DNA of 64,000 nt from Fimbriimonadia bacterium (lineage in GTDB: Bacteria; Armatimonadota; Fimbriimonadia; Fimbriimonadales; JABRVX01): contig JBGPGO010000004.1 in the NCBI GenBank assembly GCA_041483895.1, forward strand, positions 64,001 to 128,000. Reading direction: 5' to 3'. Below are positions 50,500 to 59,645 of this stretch, piece after piece. The notes beneath the pieces were generated by a model that did not search any database, had not been told where the DNA came from, and saw only the letters and a list, made by a program, of their open reading frames with translations. The position numbers and the translations under genes are program-made. Each line of letters starts with the position of its first letter. Positions within the stretch are counted from its first letter, which is position 1.

Positions 50500-51873
50500 G
50501 TGGCAATGCACGATCTGATTGTCATCGGGTCCGGTCCCGGTGGTTACGTTGCCGCGATTCGTGCCGCCCAGCTTGGCCTCAACGTCGCCTGCATTGAAAA
50601 AGAGCCCGCGCTCGGCGGGACCTGTCTTCGCATCGGCTGCATCCCATCCAAGGCGATCTTGGAATCCAGCGAGAAATTCTACGAATCACGAAGGGGTCTC
50701 GGCGCACATGGCGTCATCTTGGGAGACGTGAAGCTGGATCTGTGCGCCATGATGAAGCGCAAGACGGAGATCGTGGAATCTCTGACGAACGGCGTCGCGT
50801 TTTTGTTCAAGAAAAACAAGATCACGCGCTATGAGGGACATGGGCGAATCGAAGGGCCTGGACGCGTTTCTGTTGGCAGCGAGACGCTGGAAGCCAAGCA
50901 TATCGTCATCGCGACGGGCTCCAATGTCGCGCAGTTGAAAGGTGTGGAGTTTGACGGCGACCGAATCGGCGGAAGCACCGAGGCGCTGTCCTATCCCGCT
51001 GTTCCGGGAACGCTCGTCGTGATCGGGGCTGGGTATATCGGTCTGGAATTGGGATCCGTATGGAACCGGCTGGGATCGAAGGTGATAGTGCTCGAATTTC
51101 TTGATCGCATATTGCCGGGAATGGACGCGGAGATCGCGGCCGAGGCAAGAAAGCAGTTTGAAAAGCAGGGGATGGAGTTTCGTTTGGGCGCCAAGGTCAC
51201 GTCGGCGAAGGCGGGCAAAAAGGGCTGCGTGGTCGAGGTGGAGGGGTCGGATCCCATCTCTTGCGATCGGGTTCTTTGCTCCGTCGGTCGGGTGCCGAAT
51301 ACGGACGGGTTGAGGCTGGAAAATATCGGCTTGCAGCTTGACGAACGAGGCCGTGTGCCGATCAACGAGCGCTTCGAGACTACCGTTCCTGGGTTTTATG
51401 CCATCGGTGACGTGGTGCGCGGTCCGATGCTTGCTCACAAGGCGCAGGATGAGGGCATCGCCTGCGTGGAGGGCATCGCCACGGGGTACGGCCATGTCAA
51501 CACCAATGCCATCCCGGGCGTGGTATACACCGAGCCGGAGATCGCCTCGGTCGGCAAGACCGAGGAGGAGCTGAAGCAGGCCGGAATTGAATACCGGAAA
51601 GGCTCCTTTCCGTTCATGGCGAATGGGAGGGCCAAGGCGCTGGGGCACACCGCGGGGAAGGTCAAAGTGTTGGCAGATGCGGCGACCGATCGCGTGCTGG
51701 GGGTTCATATCATCGGTCCACGGGCCGGCGACCTGATCGCGGAAGCGGCGGTTGCCATCGAGTTCGGCGCGTCTTCGGAAGACATCGGACGCGCTTCCCA
51801 CGCCCATCCGACCCTTGCGGAAGCGGTGAAGGAAGCCGCCCTGGCCGTCGAAGGCCGGGCCATTCATGTTTAA
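50500..51873 (+). CDS. lpdA: Dihydrolipoamide dehydrogenase E3
   Basis: GSGPGGY, GGTCLRIGCIPSK, MLAHKA, HAHPTLAE. Confidence 0.97.
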   Translation: MAMHDLIVIGSGPGGYVAAIRAAQLGLNVACIEKEPALGGTCLRIGCIPSKAILESSEKFYESRRGLGAHGVILGDVKLDLCAMMKRKTEIVESLTNGVAFLFKKNKITRYEGHGRIEGPGRVSVGSETLEAKHIVIATGSNVAQLKGVEFDGDRIGGSTEALSYPAVPGTLVVIGAGYIGLELGSVWNRLGSKVIVLEFLDRILPGMDAEIAAEARKQFEKQGMEFRLGAKVTSAKAGKKGCVVEVEGSDPISCDRVLCSVGRVPNTDGLRLENIGLQLDERGRVPINERFETTVPGFYAIGDVVRGPMLAHKAQDEGIACVEGIATGYGHVNTNAIPGVVYTEPEIASVGKTEEELKQAGIEYRKGSFPFMANGRAKALGHTAGKVKVLADAATDRVLGVHIIGPRAGDLIAEAAVAIEFGASSEDIGRASHAHPTLAEAVKEAALAVEGRAIHV

Positions 51874-51958
51874 TACCTGTGAGCGGGACTCTTGACTCGA
51901 TTGTAGAAATACGGTTAACTAGGCGCGAAAACGCTATTGACGTGGAAGAGGCTAGGCC

Positions 51959-52351
51959 ATGGAGGATGTCTACGTCCTAGGACTAACAACGTCCAGGGAC
52001 GGCACGGCGGCGGAAGATCTTTTGATCCGAATGAAGGTAGCCAACCTGACGGACTACCGCGCGAACTATTGCGTCAAGGTCGGGCTTCCGTGGACGCCTG
52101 AAATTGCGCGGGACGGCGAGATCACGATTTCAAAGAGCCGCCTGAAAAACAATCTGCGAATCATCCTCGAATGGAACCTGACGCGCGTCATGACAACAAA
52201 AGCGGAGCCGGCGATCGCCCACGGGACGGCCTCGTTCGAATACGGCCGCAATCGACCTAGCTTGTTGGTCAAGGGATTTAAGAAGTATCGCATCAATGAG
52301 GCTTTTGATGGGACCATGCTGCAGGTTGATATGATGATCCGGCTGCTCTGA
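51959..52351 (+). CDS. Hypothetical protein
   Basis: ORF of 130 aa with GAGG upstream; no family recognised. Confidence 0.5.
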   Translation: MEDVYVLGLTTSRDGTAAEDLLIRMKVANLTDYRANYCVKVGLPWTPEIARDGEITISKSRLKNNLRIILEWNLTRVMTTKAEPAIAHGTASFEYGRNRPSLLVKGFKKYRINEAFDGTMLQVDMMIRLL

Positions 52352-52416
52352 TACCCTCCGCGATTCCATGCTCGAGACGCGCAACTTTTGCAGCGGATTC
52401 CGTATGATAGGAGATT

Positions 52417-52451
52417 GCAATCGCCTTCCCTATTTTGGGGAAGGCGATTGC
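52417..52451. terminator. Hairpin between convergent genes, probable end of the paralog operon
   Basis: Perfect 14-bp stem GCAATCGCCTTCCC / GGGAAGGCGATTGC. Confidence 0.7.
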
Positions 52452-52458
52452 CAAACGT

Positions 52459-53808
52459 TTAGTCGCCCGGGCTGGAGTTGATGCCGAGCCGCGATCCAAT
52501 CGTAACGATGTCCGCTTCGTCCGGCTTCGCCGGATTGAGTCCCCCTTTGACACCCGCGCGGACGCTCGCATAGTATTCGTCGATGAGCTTAATGAGGTTC
52601 GCCGTTAGAGCGCCTTCGATGGCATCTTTGAATGCCTGGGGCGTCGCGGCGGTGAACGACGTGAAGTAGTCCACAAGCGCGAACGGTAGATATTTGGTTT
52701 GACCCGTCGCCGTGGCGGACAGGGTTTCGACCAAATTGGCCATCGGCAGCGTCGAGACGCGATAGTTGGTCAGGTTGGCGCCCGCCAACGCGCCCATCGT
52801 CGTTCGATATCCTACGCTCTTCGCATAGCAATGAAGGATCAGGGCGACAAGCAGCTCGTCATGCATCCGGAACTTTGCCGGCACGTCGAACAAGTGCCAA
52901 ACGCCGTACACATTGCCCGTTCCGACGTTCGTGTATGGTTGGACGCCTGCGGCGACGATGTCTTGATACAAGGTGCCGAACTGCGAGTTTTTCTCGACAC
53001 GAAGGTCGCCGTTGGTCATAAACCACTTGATGGTCTTCGACACGTCGAGAGCGCCGGCGTTCGATGCAAAGGTGGTGAAGCGAAACGCGGAAAAGTTTGC
53101 GATCCCTTCCAGATAGGCTGCCTGGTAGTTAGGAATGGCGACATGGAAGGAGTGGCCGCCCTGTGTACCGCCATAGATATTTTGGAGCCCCGGCATGTGA
53201 GTCCGCCAATCAGCCAGATCTTCCGTGTGGGTCAGCTCGTGGCAGAATGTCGCGCAAATCTCGTCGGCATTCGGATGGCCGTTGCGCAGAAACTGGCCGT
53301 TTTGAGTCAGATGCCAGTTGCCCATCGTGAACGAGCCGCCGAAGAACGAGGCCTCGCGCGTTCCGGTCGCATCAAAGGACTGAGCTCCAAACGACTTGCC
53401 CGCCGGCCACGTGTAGCCGCCGGAAAGATTGATCCCCCACCGATTTCTAGACGGCCCATCGGTAGGCTGCTGATTTCGATCGTTGACAAGATAGATCGCG
53501 ATCGGCTTGCCCGTAAGATGCAGAAGCTGATCCACGACCCCCTGCAGCGCCAATGCCTGCGAGCTGTTGGACGCGGGCCCGAACAGCCAATCGAGCAGCA
53601 TGCGAAACGGTTCGTTCTCGGCCAGGTTTTTCATATCCGCGTTAGCGGTCCCGGCAAGATATTCGACGGGTGTGATGACTACTTCCCCGGTGGCAACATT
53701 TGGATTGGGTACGTAGAACACACGGAGTTTGGTCCGAATGTACGCCTGGTCGGCTGACGCCGCAACCGCCAAGGCGAGGGCTAAGAGAATGGTAATTTGT
53801 CTTTTCAT
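52459..53808 (-). CDS. Secreted zinc metallopeptidase-like protein (gluzincin-type motif), last gene of the operon
   Basis: Signal peptide (AVAASA|DQ); HELTH followed by AYLEGIANF; AGGAGG RBS 12 bp after the upstream stop. Confidence 0.7.
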   Translation of the reverse strand: MKRQITILLALALAVAASADQAYIRTKLRVFYVPNPNVATGEVVITPVEYLAGTANADMKNLAENEPFRMLLDWLFGPASNSSQALALQGVVDQLLHLTGKPIAIYLVNDRNQQPTDGPSRNRWGINLSGGYTWPAGKSFGAQSFDATGTREASFFGGSFTMGNWHLTQNGQFLRNGHPNADEICATFCHELTHTEDLADWRTHMPGLQNIYGGTQGGHSFHVAIPNYQAAYLEGIANFSAFRFTTFASNAGALDVSKTIKWFMTNGDLRVEKNSQFGTLYQDIVAAGVQPYTNVGTGNVYGVWHLFDVPAKFRMHDELLVALILHCYAKSVGYRTTMGALAGANLTNYRVSTLPMANLVETLSATATGQTKYLPFALVDYFTSFTAATPQAFKDAIEGALTANLIKLIDEYYASVRAGVKGGLNPAKPDEADIVTIGSRLGINSSPGD

Positions 53809-53820
53809 ATCATTCCTCCT

Positions 53821-55785
53821 CTACTGCGGCAGCTCGTCTGCAAAGATGACGTCCTCACTGCCCTTCTTGGGGCCGGAGGTCTTGGTTGTGCCGTCCTTCA
53901 TGCGCCAGCTGATTTCATAGGTGTAGTCGTTGTCGCCCGGCGAGTGGATGTATTCGATCGCCGTGCTGGGGGGAGCATCCTGCGCCACGCGAATCGTCGC
54001 CTGCAGGTTCTGAACGGTATCGTTCAGCTTTGCCGTGAACTTGATGGTCGCAAGCCGCACGCCAAGCTCTGTCAACCGGCTCGGGTCGGCCTCGATCGAT
54101 ATCGATCGGCGGGAATAGGTCGGCGTGACGCTGAGAGCGACGTTTGTCGTCGGCTTCCAGCCCTCTTCCACAGTTTTGCCGCCGAAGAAACTCCAGACGG
54201 TGTTGTACTCATACTCCAGCCATTTGCTGCGGTCCGTATCGCCTTTCCAGCCATATGGGGTAAAGCGGAACAACCCGCCGCTGGTGCTGAAGTTTGTGCG
54301 GTCAATCCGGATCTCGTCCTGCGTCATGCTTCGATCGCCGTGCTTCTTTCGCATTTGGACCGTCACAAAATTGACGTACTTGGAGAAATCCGCCGAGTTC
54401 TGCCCGTCCAACATCACGACGACTTCCCTCTGCTTGTACAGGTCGTCATCGAGGTTGACGGATCGGAACACCATCGGATCTTTGACCCATTTCGTGAGAT
54501 TGCCGATGTTTTCCGAGAAGGTCGGATTCAGCTTATCCAATGTGGATCGGCTGAGTTGGATATTGATCGTGCCGCTGTTGTGCACCTTCTTCATCTCGTA
54601 GCTGGCGAGCAGAGAGAATGCGGGTGGCGACGAGTACGATGGCTTGGGCGGCGGCTGGCTTGCCGCGGCGGCCTGCTGCGGAGCGGGATCTTTCTTGGTT
54701 TCCACCGCGGCCTGCGCGCCAATCGTAGCATCGCCGGCCGGATGCGCTCCTGCCGCCGCCGGCGCGGGCGTAACAGCCGGCGTCGTTTCCGCTCGCCGCG
54801 CTGCCTCGCGCGCTTTTACCGCGTCGTATTGGCGGTCGATCTCTTGGTTTTCGGTACGGGTTTCCTGCTGCTGCGTCTGCATGTATTTAAGCGCCTTGTC
54901 CAACATGCCTCCGCTGGCATCGGGAGAGCCAAGCGCAAGTCCACCTCCGCCGGCGTCCTGCCGGTCGAACATGGCTTCCATGATCTTCGCTTCCGCAGAG
55001 TTCACGACGCCATCCAGCTTCTCATCCGTACCCTTGATGGTCACTTTGAGGGTGTCGGTGCGGACCATTTCGTCCAGCACATCCTTTATTTCCGCCCCGC
55101 CGAATTTTGTGGCGATGCCGGCGGCAAATGCGCGGTGCTTGTATACGCTGTCCCACTGACCTGTAACGGTCGCCTCATATCCATTGCGATAGCCCGCAAT
55201 CTCCATCTCAAACGTGAACGAGACATCGGGGGTCGAGGTCTGGAACGAATTCCAAAGCAGGGTCGCTCCCATCTTTGTGAGCTGCATAGAAACAGCTGCT
55301 TTGTCGCCTTCCAGAATCGGCGCGTTGCCAAGTCCCAATACGCGCGTGGTCAGCTCCCCATTCTCTTGCTTGAACGAAGAGACCAGGCCAAACTTACCGG
55401 AACGATAAATGATCGGGCCGGCAATGGTCGCACCGGGGACTATCTTGCTCAGCTCGCGCTTGGCCTCGTCCAGCATCTCCGGCGGAACGCTGAGGGCGAC
55501 GAGACAGTGAACGATGCCGCCGCCTTCCCCCTCTTTTGCCGCGTCCGTTCCCGCCGCCCCGGCGACGTTGCGAACATAGCGAAGGAAGCTGAATTTGGGC
55601 TTCCCGTCCGCGTCCACGGCGAGTCCGGCCTTGTTCGGCAGGTAGTAGTACACCTTCGGGTCCTTGAAGTCCTGGAACAGCTGCAACTGTCCAGCCCGGA
55701 CCGTTTTGTCCAGATTGATCTCTTGGGCGGTTGCGGCGACGATCGTCGCGATCACGGCCACAAACGCCAGTAAAAACCTTTTCAT
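53821..55785 (-). CDS. Secreted uncharacterised paralog-family protein, long form (654 aa)
   Basis: Signal peptide MKRFLLAF..ATA|QE; YYYLP, GKPKFSFLRY, GNAPILEG, FRSVNLDDD; GAAGGAGG RBS (an in-frame GTG at 55869 is an alternative start). Confidence 0.85.
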   Translation of the reverse strand: MKRFLLAFVAVIATIVAATAQEINLDKTVRAGQLQLFQDFKDPKVYYYLPNKAGLAVDADGKPKFSFLRYVRNVAGAAGTDAAKEGEGGGIVHCLVALSVPPEMLDEAKRELSKIVPGATIAGPIIYRSGKFGLVSSFKQENGELTTRVLGLGNAPILEGDKAAVSMQLTKMGATLLWNSFQTSTPDVSFTFEMEIAGYRNGYEATVTGQWDSVYKHRAFAAGIATKFGGAEIKDVLDEMVRTDTLKVTIKGTDEKLDGVVNSAEAKIMEAMFDRQDAGGGGLALGSPDASGGMLDKALKYMQTQQQETRTENQEIDRQYDAVKAREAARRAETTPAVTPAPAAAGAHPAGDATIGAQAAVETKKDPAPQQAAAASQPPPKPSYSSPPAFSLLASYEMKKVHNSGTINIQLSRSTLDKLNPTFSENIGNLTKWVKDPMVFRSVNLDDDLYKQREVVVMLDGQNSADFSKYVNFVTVQMRKKHGDRSMTQDEIRIDRTNFSTSGGLFRFTPYGWKGDTDRSKWLEYEYNTVWSFFGGKTVEEGWKPTTNVALSVTPTYSRRSISIEADPSRLTELGVRLATIKFTAKLNDTVQNLQATIRVAQDAPPSTAIEYIHSPGDNDYTYEISWRMKDGTTKTSGPKKGSEDVIFADELPQ

Positions 55786-55869
55786 TTTGTTTCCTCCTTC
55801 CGTACTCGGCGGGCATTGGCGTGTCGGTTCATACAACGATATCGGCATTCGAACCCGTGGCCACAGCAC

Positions 55870-57849
55870 TTAATTGCCTCCAAGCGCGCCTCCCAATTTG
55901 TCCAGGACCTTCTCCAACAGGCCGCTGGCGAGATTCGCGGCGCGATCTTTGAACGCTTGCTCCGTCAACAGGTTTTCCGGAATCGCCGCGAAGATATAGC
56001 CGTCCGACTGATCCTTCACCCATGGACCCACCAATTTCCCAGCGGTCTTGTGGTTGAAAACCAACCGATAGGCGTACTTCGGCATGTCTCGATCCGTAAA
56101 CATCTTCTTATTGATGAGCGCGACAGCGCCGCCAACCGGAAGCTGGATCAGCTCCGAATCTTCCTTCCCGAACTGCGAAATGTGGACCTCGGCGGTAACG
56201 CGCGTGATGTCCTTAGCCTTCAGCGCATCCAGATCGCCTTCCAACTCGACGATGAGTGGCCGGACCGGCGGAGCGAGCGTGACGCCTTCCCACGAGCCTG
56301 TATTCCAGGACGGACTTTCCGGAAACACGTTGCCGCCCTTGAGGCTCCACTGGACCTGGTACTGATAGACCTCCGGGTTCTTGTCTTCGCCGCGCGCGTA
56401 CGTGACCATCGCCGCAACACCCTTATCCTTCAGATACTTGGCGTCGATCGTGCGATGATCCTCAAAGGGCCGGCCGCTGCTGCGGTTCTTCTTTATGTTT
56501 ATCGTGACGTAGTTGATAGTGTCCTCGAAGATCTCTTTCGCGTCGAGGTCGAGGATGAAGTTGATGTCCCGATGCGTGAAGAACGGGTCGTTGAGGTTGA
56601 CCGATGCGACACACTTTGGGTTATCCCGGACTCCGTTGTACCAAGACATCAAGTTGCCGGTCATCGGATAGGGATATGTCATCGGGATGGAATAGTTGAA
56701 ATTCCAGGACTTGTTCTCCGTGAAGGTGCTGCTCTTGGCCCGGTAAATGTTGGACTTAAAATGGTTCCCTTGCTGCGCTGGGCCATCGTCCGGCTTGGGT
56801 TGCTCCTTGGAGCTCTCCATCATCTGTTCCGGCGAAGCTTTGTCTTCTTGGAAGAATGAGTTCATGAATAGTTGCAAGACGGCATCCCGGATCTTGTCGA
56901 CGCGGGCGTCCTGCTCCAATTCGATGAATTTGATGTCCACAACTTTGTACTTTTGTAGGATCTCCGTTAGCTCACGGCGCTCCTTGTACGTCATGGTGTC
57001 TTCGCCGGATGTTTCCCAGAGGAAGCCGAGGAATCGTCCCGTGGTTTCGTGGGTACTCTCCCACTCCTTCTTAATCTTCTCTTTGCTCTGCTGGAAAGTG
57101 GTCGAGCTATAGGTGGCGGTGCCCTTTATTGCAGGGCTGACAACCTGATAGGCCAAGTTGAACGTGATCGAGCAGTCGGCGATGCTGCTGGTCTTGTCCA
57201 GCGTCGCGGCCATAAGCTGAGCGCCGTTTGAAGTCAATCTCGCCGCGGCGGCAACCTTCTGACCGGGGAGCAACGGAGCTTTGCCCGATGTGACCAAGCT
57301 CTTGGTCATCGTTTCATCTTTCAATGTGGCAGATGTGATGAGAAACGTACCGCTGTCGCCATCCGGTTTCATCTGCATTGCGCCGAGAAGCGTGTCGCCC
57401 GTTGCCGCCAGCTTTTGCTTCAGTTCATTTTCCTGTTGCACCGTCAGGCCATACTCCATCAGAAAATGCATCAACGCGCCCTGCACGCCGCCTTCCGATT
57501 CCCTTTTCTCCGACGTGAACTTCAGAAATAGGAACTCCGGTACGCCGTCGGGCCGTTGGGAAAGCCGCAGGTTGGTCGGCAAATAGTAAAACTGGTGTCC
57601 GCCGCCTCGGCCCGCCAACGTCATCAAGTACCTGTGCGTAAGCTTAGACCCGATTGGCGCGCCACTGGCCTTCGATTCGCTGTCCATGATCAGGTTGACC
57701 ACGGTGCCGTCATTCAGGGTGATGGTCTTGCGGCCTTCCGAAACCGGGTAGGCGAAGACCGACGCGGCCAACGCGCCCGTCAATCCAAGAATGGCGAGCC
57801 GCCGGAACCAACCGCTGCGCCGACGCCCCCAATGCTGTTTCGTATTCAT
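55870..57849 (-). CDS. Secreted uncharacterised paralog-family protein, long form (659 aa)
   Basis: Arg-rich signal peptide; FYYLP, GVPEFLFLKF, GKAPLLPG, SVNLNDPFF. Confidence 0.85.
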   Translation of the reverse strand: MNTKQHWGRRRSGWFRRLAILGLTGALAASVFAYPVSEGRKTITLNDGTVVNLIMDSESKASGAPIGSKLTHRYLMTLAGRGGGHQFYYLPTNLRLSQRPDGVPEFLFLKFTSEKRESEGGVQGALMHFLMEYGLTVQQENELKQKLAATGDTLLGAMQMKPDGDSGTFLITSATLKDETMTKSLVTSGKAPLLPGQKVAAAARLTSNGAQLMAATLDKTSSIADCSITFNLAYQVVSPAIKGTATYSSTTFQQSKEKIKKEWESTHETTGRFLGFLWETSGEDTMTYKERRELTEILQKYKVVDIKFIELEQDARVDKIRDAVLQLFMNSFFQEDKASPEQMMESSKEQPKPDDGPAQQGNHFKSNIYRAKSSTFTENKSWNFNYSIPMTYPYPMTGNLMSWYNGVRDNPKCVASVNLNDPFFTHRDINFILDLDAKEIFEDTINYVTINIKKNRSSGRPFEDHRTIDAKYLKDKGVAAMVTYARGEDKNPEVYQYQVQWSLKGGNVFPESPSWNTGSWEGVTLAPPVRPLIVELEGDLDALKAKDITRVTAEVHISQFGKEDSELIQLPVGGAVALINKKMFTDRDMPKYAYRLVFNHKTAGKLVGPWVKDQSDGYIFAAIPENLLTEQAFKDRAANLASGLLEKVLDKLGGALGGN

Positions 57850-57851
57850 TA

Positions 57852-59645
57852 CTATCCTCCGTTTGGTTGGTTGGCTCCGGCGGGCACTTCGTCAAGAAGC
57901 ACGATGCCGGAGGAATCGTCTCGTGAAATCGTAATGTCTTTGCCGTCTTCGGTGTGCCAGGTGATATTGAGTCCGACCGTGAATTGGTTGATCGGCAGGG
58001 TGACATCGAGGGTTGTGTCGATCGGCTCGGTCCCGACTCGGCAGTTGACCTGCTTGGTTTTTGGGCTGCCAAAAAACGGATAGCTGACCCGGACGACCGC
58101 ATATACAATCTTCTTTTCCTTCAGTGCCTTTTGGTCGCCGAGAATTTGCACCGTTCGATGCTCGTAGGGCGGAAAAACGTTGATCATCGGCCCTTCCGTC
58201 GCGGTCCATGGCGTCTCGTAGGTTGCCCCGCCTTGAAAATTCCATCGGGTTCGGTATTCGTATTTCAGCCACAGGTCCCTGTCATCGTCACCGGAATACC
58301 CGTATTCGAATCCAAGATTTCCGGCAGCCGCATCTGTGACGGCCTCTGCGGCCCCGGCCTTGTCGATCACCTTTTCGCCCAGCGTCACGTTGCCGTCTTG
58401 ATGCGTCTTTCGCAAAGCGATCGTGACCGAGTTGACAAACTTGCCGAACTCCGGCAAAACCGTCCCATCAAGCGTCACATATACTTTTCGCTTCTGATAG
58501 ACCGGGTCGGCCATGATGTTGACGGCGCGAAAATACCGCGAGTCGTTGCCGTATTTGGAAAACAGCTCGCCGATGTTCGCCGTGAGGAGAGTATGCCGCT
58601 GAACCCCGGACTGATGGTTCAGCGAAATCGTGGTGTGGCCGCTGGTTTTAAGGTCCTTCATCTGATACGATCCGTACAAACTGAGGCCAAATCCTCCGCT
58701 GCCGCCGGACGCCCCGAGTCCGAGCGACGACATCAAGGTGTCAAGGAAATTTCCGCCCTCCGCCTTCGGCGCGGCCTGTTGAATGACGGGCTGAAAGAGC
58801 AGGTCGACGATCTTCGAGTAGGCGGTGTTCAGCATGCCGTCCATCGTGCCGTTTTCACCACGCGACGTCACTTTGATCGCCCCATTCTTCTTGAGATCTG
58901 CCACCGCGATGCCGACATCCGCGCCAAACCACAGCACCTTCGCGCCGGCGGAAAACTTCTCATCTTTTTGAACCTCGGACCAATTGACTTCGATCGTCGC
59001 ATCGTAGGGATCGGAGAGGCCGGAGAACTCCATGTCAAACGATATGGAGACGTCCGGCACGCGCATCTTAAAGGATTGCATAAGCAGCGACGCCTGGGTC
59101 TTGTCCAAATCGAACGAGAGCGCGACGCGGTCGCCCTCCAGAACCGGCGCGGCGCCGGTATCGAGTATATGCTTCACCACGGCGTCCGAATCCGGCTTGT
59201 CCGGGTTCTTGAGCAGCGAGGAAATGACCGCATATGTTCCGCGACTGAAGATGACCGGGCCGGTGAGCTTCAGGTCGTTGTCCTGCGTGATGTCTTGCAG
59301 CTCCGATTCGGCTTTCTTGACCGCCTTCGGATCGGTGTCGTAGAGAACCAGCATGTGGAGCACGCCGCCGCCATCGGCTTCCGTGATCGTGTTGGCGCTC
59401 GGGTCCGTCGCGGGCTTGTCCTTGCTGCCTTTTACATAGCGGATGAAGGAGAACTCCGGCTTGCCTTCCGCATCGGTTGCCAGGTGGGCTTTTTGCGGCA
59501 GATAGATCCATTCGTGCTGGCGATCGACGAGCGGGAAGCACCAGAGGCCGGCGGCCCGCTTGCCGCGATCCAGTTGGATGGACTGGCCGAACCCGATGCA
59601 CATCAGCCAGACGCAACATGCGAATGCAATCCAAAGGCGTTTCAC
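57852..59645 (-). CDS. Secreted uncharacterised paralog-family protein, long form (597 aa)
   Basis: Signal peptide; WIYLP, GKPEFSFIRY, GAAPVLEG, FRAVNIMADP. Confidence 0.85.
   Translation of the reverse strand: MKRLWIAFACCVWLMCIGFGQSIQLDRGKRAAGLWCFPLVDRQHEWIYLPQKAHLATDAEGKPEFSFIRYVKGSKDKPATDPSANTITEADGGGVLHMLVLYDTDPKAVKKAESELQDITQDNDLKLTGPVIFSRGTYAVISSLLKNPDKPDSDAVVKHILDTGAAPVLEGDRVALSFDLDKTQASLLMQSFKMRVPDVSISFDMEFSGLSDPYDATIEVNWSEVQKDEKFSAGAKVLWFGADVGIAVADLKKNGAIKVTSRGENGTMDGMLNTAYSKIVDLLFQPVIQQAAPKAEGGNFLDTLMSSLGLGASGGSGGFGLSLYGSYQMKDLKTSGHTTISLNHQSGVQRHTLLTANIGELFSKYGNDSRYFRAVNIMADPVYQKRKVYVTLDGTVLPEFGKFVNSVTIALRKTHQDGNVTLGEKVIDKAGAAEAVTDAAAGNLGFEYGYSGDDDRDLWLKYEYRTRWNFQGGATYETPWTATEGPMINVFPPYEHRTVQILGDQKALKEKKIVYAVVRVSYPFFGSPKTKQVNCRVGTEPIDTTLDVTLPINQFTVGLNITWHTEDGKDITISRDDSSGIVLLDEVPAGANQPNGG

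Noticed and set aside
57790..57849. Tat signal in the 55870-57849 protein
   Set aside because: Arg-rich, but no proper S/T-R-R-x-F-L-K consensus; treated as an unresolved signal type.
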